From NCBI GenBank assembly GCA_047495785.1, contig JBLDXI010000042.1, forward strand, positions 4,650,001 through 4,714,000: a stretch of 64,000 nt of DNA. The letters run 5' to 3'. Shown in pieces: positions 59,501-64,000 of the stretch. This DNA comes from Lepidodermella squamata (lineage: Eukaryota; Animalia; Gastrotricha). Position 1 is the stretch's first letter, and each line of letters begins with the position of its first letter. A program made the position numbers and the translations under genes. The notes under the pieces are model-generated. The model was not told the origin of the DNA. It saw nothing but the letters and a program-made list of their open reading frames with translations, and ran no database searches.

Positions 59501-62500
59501 AAACGCCCCAAACCCGCCTGCCCTCAGCCAGCAGCAACAACAAAGCATCAAGCTCAACCACGAGCCAATCAACCACAGCCGCGCCTTCAACTACCCGACG
59601 CACCCATGTCGGGGCTAAGGTGTCTTCGTCGACAAACGCCAGTTCGAGCGGCAAAGTCTCATCGCCGAGAGACAAGCCGAAAAACAGCGGCGGAAGCGCG
59701 TCGTCATCGCAAAATCTCAGCGAAATGGCGGCGTCTTTCGCATCGGCAGCCGCTGCTATGAATTCAATGTCTTCATCGTCATCAGCCGGTACCAGTGGCG
59801 GGTCGAATTCGATACCGACCCTGCCGCCAGGCCCGTCTAGTGGCAGCGGGGAGGGCGCGTCTGGCGGGTCAGGAGCGGCTAGTCTCCTACGCCAGTTCGG
59901 CAAATTTCTATCGCGCGGCTCGTCGAACAGCGGGCCAACATCAGCCCGGGCTATGACGCTGATAAATCAGCTGCAAAACGCGGCGTTCGACACTGAGCAG
60001 CTGCAGTGTTTACAAGACCTGTGTGATATTATCAACATGAATACGGAGGATACGTTGCAGGAATTTCCGGCCAGACAGGCCGCCGTTGTGCTGACTGAGT
60101 TGATGAGCGGCGCGGCTGGGTTCGAGGTAGCGATCGCCGCATGCCGAGCGCTGACTTACATGCTGGACTGTGTGCCGCATGCGTCGAAATTTGTGACCAT
60201 TGACACGATCCGGTGTTTGATTTCGAAGTTGAACGACATTGAGTGTATCGACATTGCTGAGCAGGCGCTGTCGGCCTTGGAGTTTCTGTCGGCGTCGCAT
60301 CACTCGAAATCGGTCCTGCGAGCCGGCGGCGTCGCTGCCTGTCTGCAATTTATCGACTTTTTCTCGACCATTTGCCAACAGGTATGAAATTATTTAAAAA
60401 ATTGAATCGACTCGAATTTCAAATCTGAAGCACTAAATTTTACTGAAACGATCAAATATTATAGGAAATTGGCTTTTTTCTTGGCATTTGGAAATTTGAG
60501 TAAATTTTATTTCTGATTTTTAAGCAATTTTTAGGATTTTCAATTTTTGAACCAACCCTTGAGAAATATCGTCCAATTTCAGATTAATTTCCATATATAG
60601 AACGACCTTATGAGTTATATAATTCGTCCTTGAAAATAAGATAGAACTTAAAAATGAAGAAAAATGGTTAAAATTCAAGGAAATATCCGGCGTTCCTGAA
60701 ATCTCTTTTAATATTTTCCTATTTATTTTTGTTAGAAATCGCTGACAATCGTGGCGAACTGCTGTATGGGCATTACCCCTGGCGATTTCGGCCAAATTCG
60801 CGATTCACTGGACCGACTTTCGCAGCAACTGCTGAACAGCGACCGCAAATGCGTAGAACTCGTCTCGCTCACCTTCTCGCACATAGTCGCCGGTTGCGAG
60901 CGCGACGAAGGCGTCATTCGAGAGGTGGCCTCGCACGGCTTTTTGATCAACGTGCAACAAGTCCTTCAAACCACGCCGCCAGTTGTCGGCGCCCCGGTTT
61001 ATTGCCAAATATTGAATACGACGTCGACGATTTGCCGCCAATGCCCGGATCAAGCTGTTGCGCTGCTGCTTCAAAACTTCCCATCAACACTGGCTTTCCT
61101 ATTAACAGGTGAGGGGATATACATGGTCGAAGCGACAAAATATTATATAGGAATATAATATTTTTTCGCCTAAATTTCAATTTTGTTTCTTAATTTTCGG
61201 ATTTTCTTTTGGAATTTTTCATCTAAAATTTTTTGGGCCACACAGAATGGCGGGAAGTGTGCGGCTGAGGAGAAAATCTCAATAGCACAAATAATCGAAG
61301 TTCTACTAGATCGATCTTACGATTTCAAAGATTGCATGCGATTCAAAGCCATAAAGTTCACGAATATTTTAAAAAATTTCCAAAGCTTATTTTTACCCAT
61401 TTTTTCCTCGGCCGATCGTTCAATCGGTTTCAAAAATTTCAAATATGATTTTACCCTGAATTTCTAAATTTTAATAATTGAAGAATATTCCATTAAATTT
61501 GTTGTTCGAATTGCTTAGCGATTTCCAAGAACATCAATTATACTGTTTTTTCTTGTGAATAGGCAACCGAGAGGCGCTGAATTACTCGGCTGCTGACCAG
61601 CAAGCGATTGTTCTGCAGCAAACTGCGACGTCAGCAGGCGGTGTCTGTACCGGCAGCCAAGAACTGTCGGAAATCGTTACGTTGATTTCCGAGCTGCTGC
61701 CGAAACAACCAGATGAGGAGCTGTTCTCAACGTTCCCAACCATGGTTTCAGCTACAGGACAAGGGCAAAACACGATGTCGACCGCATCTCAGTACATGGC
61801 CGCGTTTTTAGGGTCGCCGTTCGAGTGGACTGAAAATCCGTTCTCATTCCTAGCCTCGCCCCAGTCTGGCGAGGGCGAAGACGGCGACGATTCGATGGAC
61901 CAAACCGCGCAGGCCCTCGCAGCTATGCAAAGTGCGGTGATGAGCCGTAACAACTCGAACCAGCAATCGCAGAACCAGCCATCCACGCCGAATAAAAAGC
62001 CGCAAATTTCAGAACTCGACAAATTGTACGAGGAAAATCCGCGAATTTTTCACAGTTTAGTCGCAACACTAACTGGGCCCCTGCTTGATATCTGCCAAAC
62101 AACAACGGCAGGTACTAGTGAGTTGAAGGCCAAGTGTTTAGAAACCCTGCAACGGCTGTTACTAGTCGCGCCTGATTCAGTGTTGGACACTATGATAAAA
62201 GCCGCAGATTTGTCGAGTTGTCTCGCTCAGTTCTTAGCCACGCAACATCAAAGTGACCTTCGAGTCGCAGGCCTAGCCCTGCAGATTTGCCATTTGTTAC
62301 TACGCAGAAGCCCGGAGTTGTTCGCAAGTCAAGCGATTAAGCAAGGCATTTCACATCAAATCACGCAAACGTTGAATTTCGTGCAAAATTCATCGAGCGC
62401 AAACGTCGCAGATTTGAGGACTAGCCATAATGATTCGATTGGTTCGGTTGAAGACCAGGAAACTGAATCGCAAGATCAGGAGACGAAAAAACGGTCTCAG

Positions 62501-64000
62501 CGATCGAAACAGGCCACCCCGAAAAATAATGAACCATCAACGTCGCGAAATGTTCGTTCTTCAAGCCGCGGTTCGGCTAATTTGGAGGAGGATGAAGCTG
62601 CTGGGGCGACGTCTGGTTTCAGGAAATTACGTTCCACCGTAAAATCCGTATTGAGCCGGGGTAATAAGAATTCAGCGGAGAAGCCTGGTACTAGCCAGGT
62701 GGGTAGTTCGTCGAGAAACGCGGCGAATTCGCGAAAATCTGACGGTTCACCCAGCTTATCCCGAGGCCGGGGCTCCGGGGCGGGTGCTTCGTCCAGCCAG
62801 CGTTCCGGCGGGCAAAATCGGTCGAGTACCGCGGCTCAGAACAACGAAACCGCCCTGGCTGCTTACCACGCTAAATTGCGCAGTTGGATCCAACAATGGG
62901 CGAAATTATTCCTCGAAAAGTTGGAGGAAGTCGTGAAAAAGAATGAAGAATCCTCGCCGAATTCGTCGTCTTACTCGGCCCTAAAAGCAGCGGCTAATTC
63001 GCTCATTGCCGGGCAAGAATCGATGAAATCGCTCGCTGAAATTCGCGATTTGATAATGACGCAAGATTTCTCGCTGTTCGAGCTCGGTTCTTCCGGGTTG
63101 ACTGATTCCTTAGTCAAATTTTTGACCTCAGCCCCGGCAGATCACTTGCGGGCTTTTCTCAGAATCTTCGCCGTGCTACCGCCTGGTCTAGAGCTGGCGA
63201 AAGATATCCGACCTCCTGAGTCGTTTCAGCGACAGCCTTTGGGTGAATTGGTATCTAAATTAGTTGGGTGTCTGCAACAAATTGAGCAATTTGAGGTCAA
63301 ATCAGCGATTGTAAGGGACCGCGCTCAGAGTTCGATTTTCGGCTCGTCTGGGCTGATGCCGTCCAGCCTGTTAGCCGCGGCTATGACGTCATCGAGCGGG
63401 GCTAATTCCGGCGCTGCGGCGTTTTCAGTGTCACCCGTCGTTCGGTTTTTCTCGACCTGTTCGCTGAAACTTGAATTGCGGCGGAAAACCAGCCAACAAC
63501 AGGCTCAATCTTCGCGTCTTTCAAACAATGCAGCGACTACGGCAGTCCCGAGTTGCCTGGTTCGCATCGACCCGCTGCTAACCGTCGACGTTTTATCGCG
63601 CTGGATCGTTCAAAAGGGGCTGCATTTGAATTCTGGGCCGTTGTCGTCACTTTCGTCTCAGCGAACTAGCCAACAGCAGCGGAGTCAGCCGAGGGCTAAC
63701 AATGACTCGCAATCTGGCGCTGAAACTTCGTCAGTTTCCGGCGCGGAAGATTTCGATGACGGCGATTCGTCGATTGCTGATTTCTCATCCACCTTAACAG
63801 ATGATGGTGGCATGAGTTCAGGCCCCGAATCGGGCGGCAATGCGCAGGAACCCGCGGCTGGAGCTTCGAGTAGCAGCGGTCTGCGAGGGGCGGAGTCGAA
63901 TGCGGCGAGGTCGAATTCCGGCGTTCAGGTCGAGTTGTTGCTTGATGACACCGTTTTACCACCCGAAATTACGCTATATCAAGCCGTGGCTCAGTTTGGT
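56568..64000 (+). CDS. TRIP12: TRIP12/Ufd4-type HECT E3 ligase, 5' part; exons 56568-57044, 59323-60381, 60736-61108, 61563->64000
   Basis: S-rich N-terminus; ARM region (MNTEDTL, ACRALTYMLD, IDIAEQALSALEFLS, GGVAACLQFIDFFS); QELSEIVTLISELLP; FELGSSGL; CLQQIEQFEVK; RIDPL; TLYQAVAQF. The HECT domain would lie beyond the window. Confidence 0.9.
57940..59110 (-). mobile_element. Two decayed Mutator-like (MULE) transposase fragments in TRIP12 intron 1 (~57940-58080 and ~58790-59110)
   Basis: Direct repeat pair; minus-strand translations RYPLDQWNQYDRVIRGLPRS and RYPPDHWNQYDRVILGLPHSSAYLE resemble the MULE P..WN.Y.R....PRTNN..E region. Confidence 0.5.

Noticed and set aside
59325-59903. 192-aa minus-strand ORF
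   Set aside because: Antisense of the Ser/Ala-rich TRIP12 exon 2

Overview
Eukaryotic (invertebrate metazoan) genomic DNA from a compact genome with many ~50-bp GT-AG introns; no prokaryotic features, rRNA or CRISPR. Conserved genes: importin-alpha 3/4 (-), ferritin, ACK/TNK2 kinase, a WD40/CaaX protein, BMP-type SMAD1/5/8, LSM12, FAM47-like, two MGST3 copies (one frameshifted), a GABA-B-like class C GPCR plus a decayed duplicate, MITD1, AATF and TRIP12 (runs off the window). Several co-oriented neighbours are only 66-275 bp apart with a 3' splice-like AG just before the ATG, suggesting SL trans-spliced operons. The most novel part is a ~15-kb island of mostly secreted proteins (15-30 kb): four tandem genes with signal peptide + N-terminal Cys + sushi/CCP + Cys-rich module + Cys-braced ankyrin repeats; four paralogous secreted proteins with an L(G/S)D(L/I/F)N motif and basic tails; a putative amidated cationic peptide precursor; two divergent small HSPs with a built-in antisense overlap; and a secreted vWA-like protein. 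34.4-43 kb is repeat-rich (MITE-like palindrome, 214-217-bp inverted repeat, hairpins). A tRNA-containing solo-LTR-like element sits in the GPCR pseudogene. Exon boundaries were read manually; family assignments come from motif recognition, not database searches.
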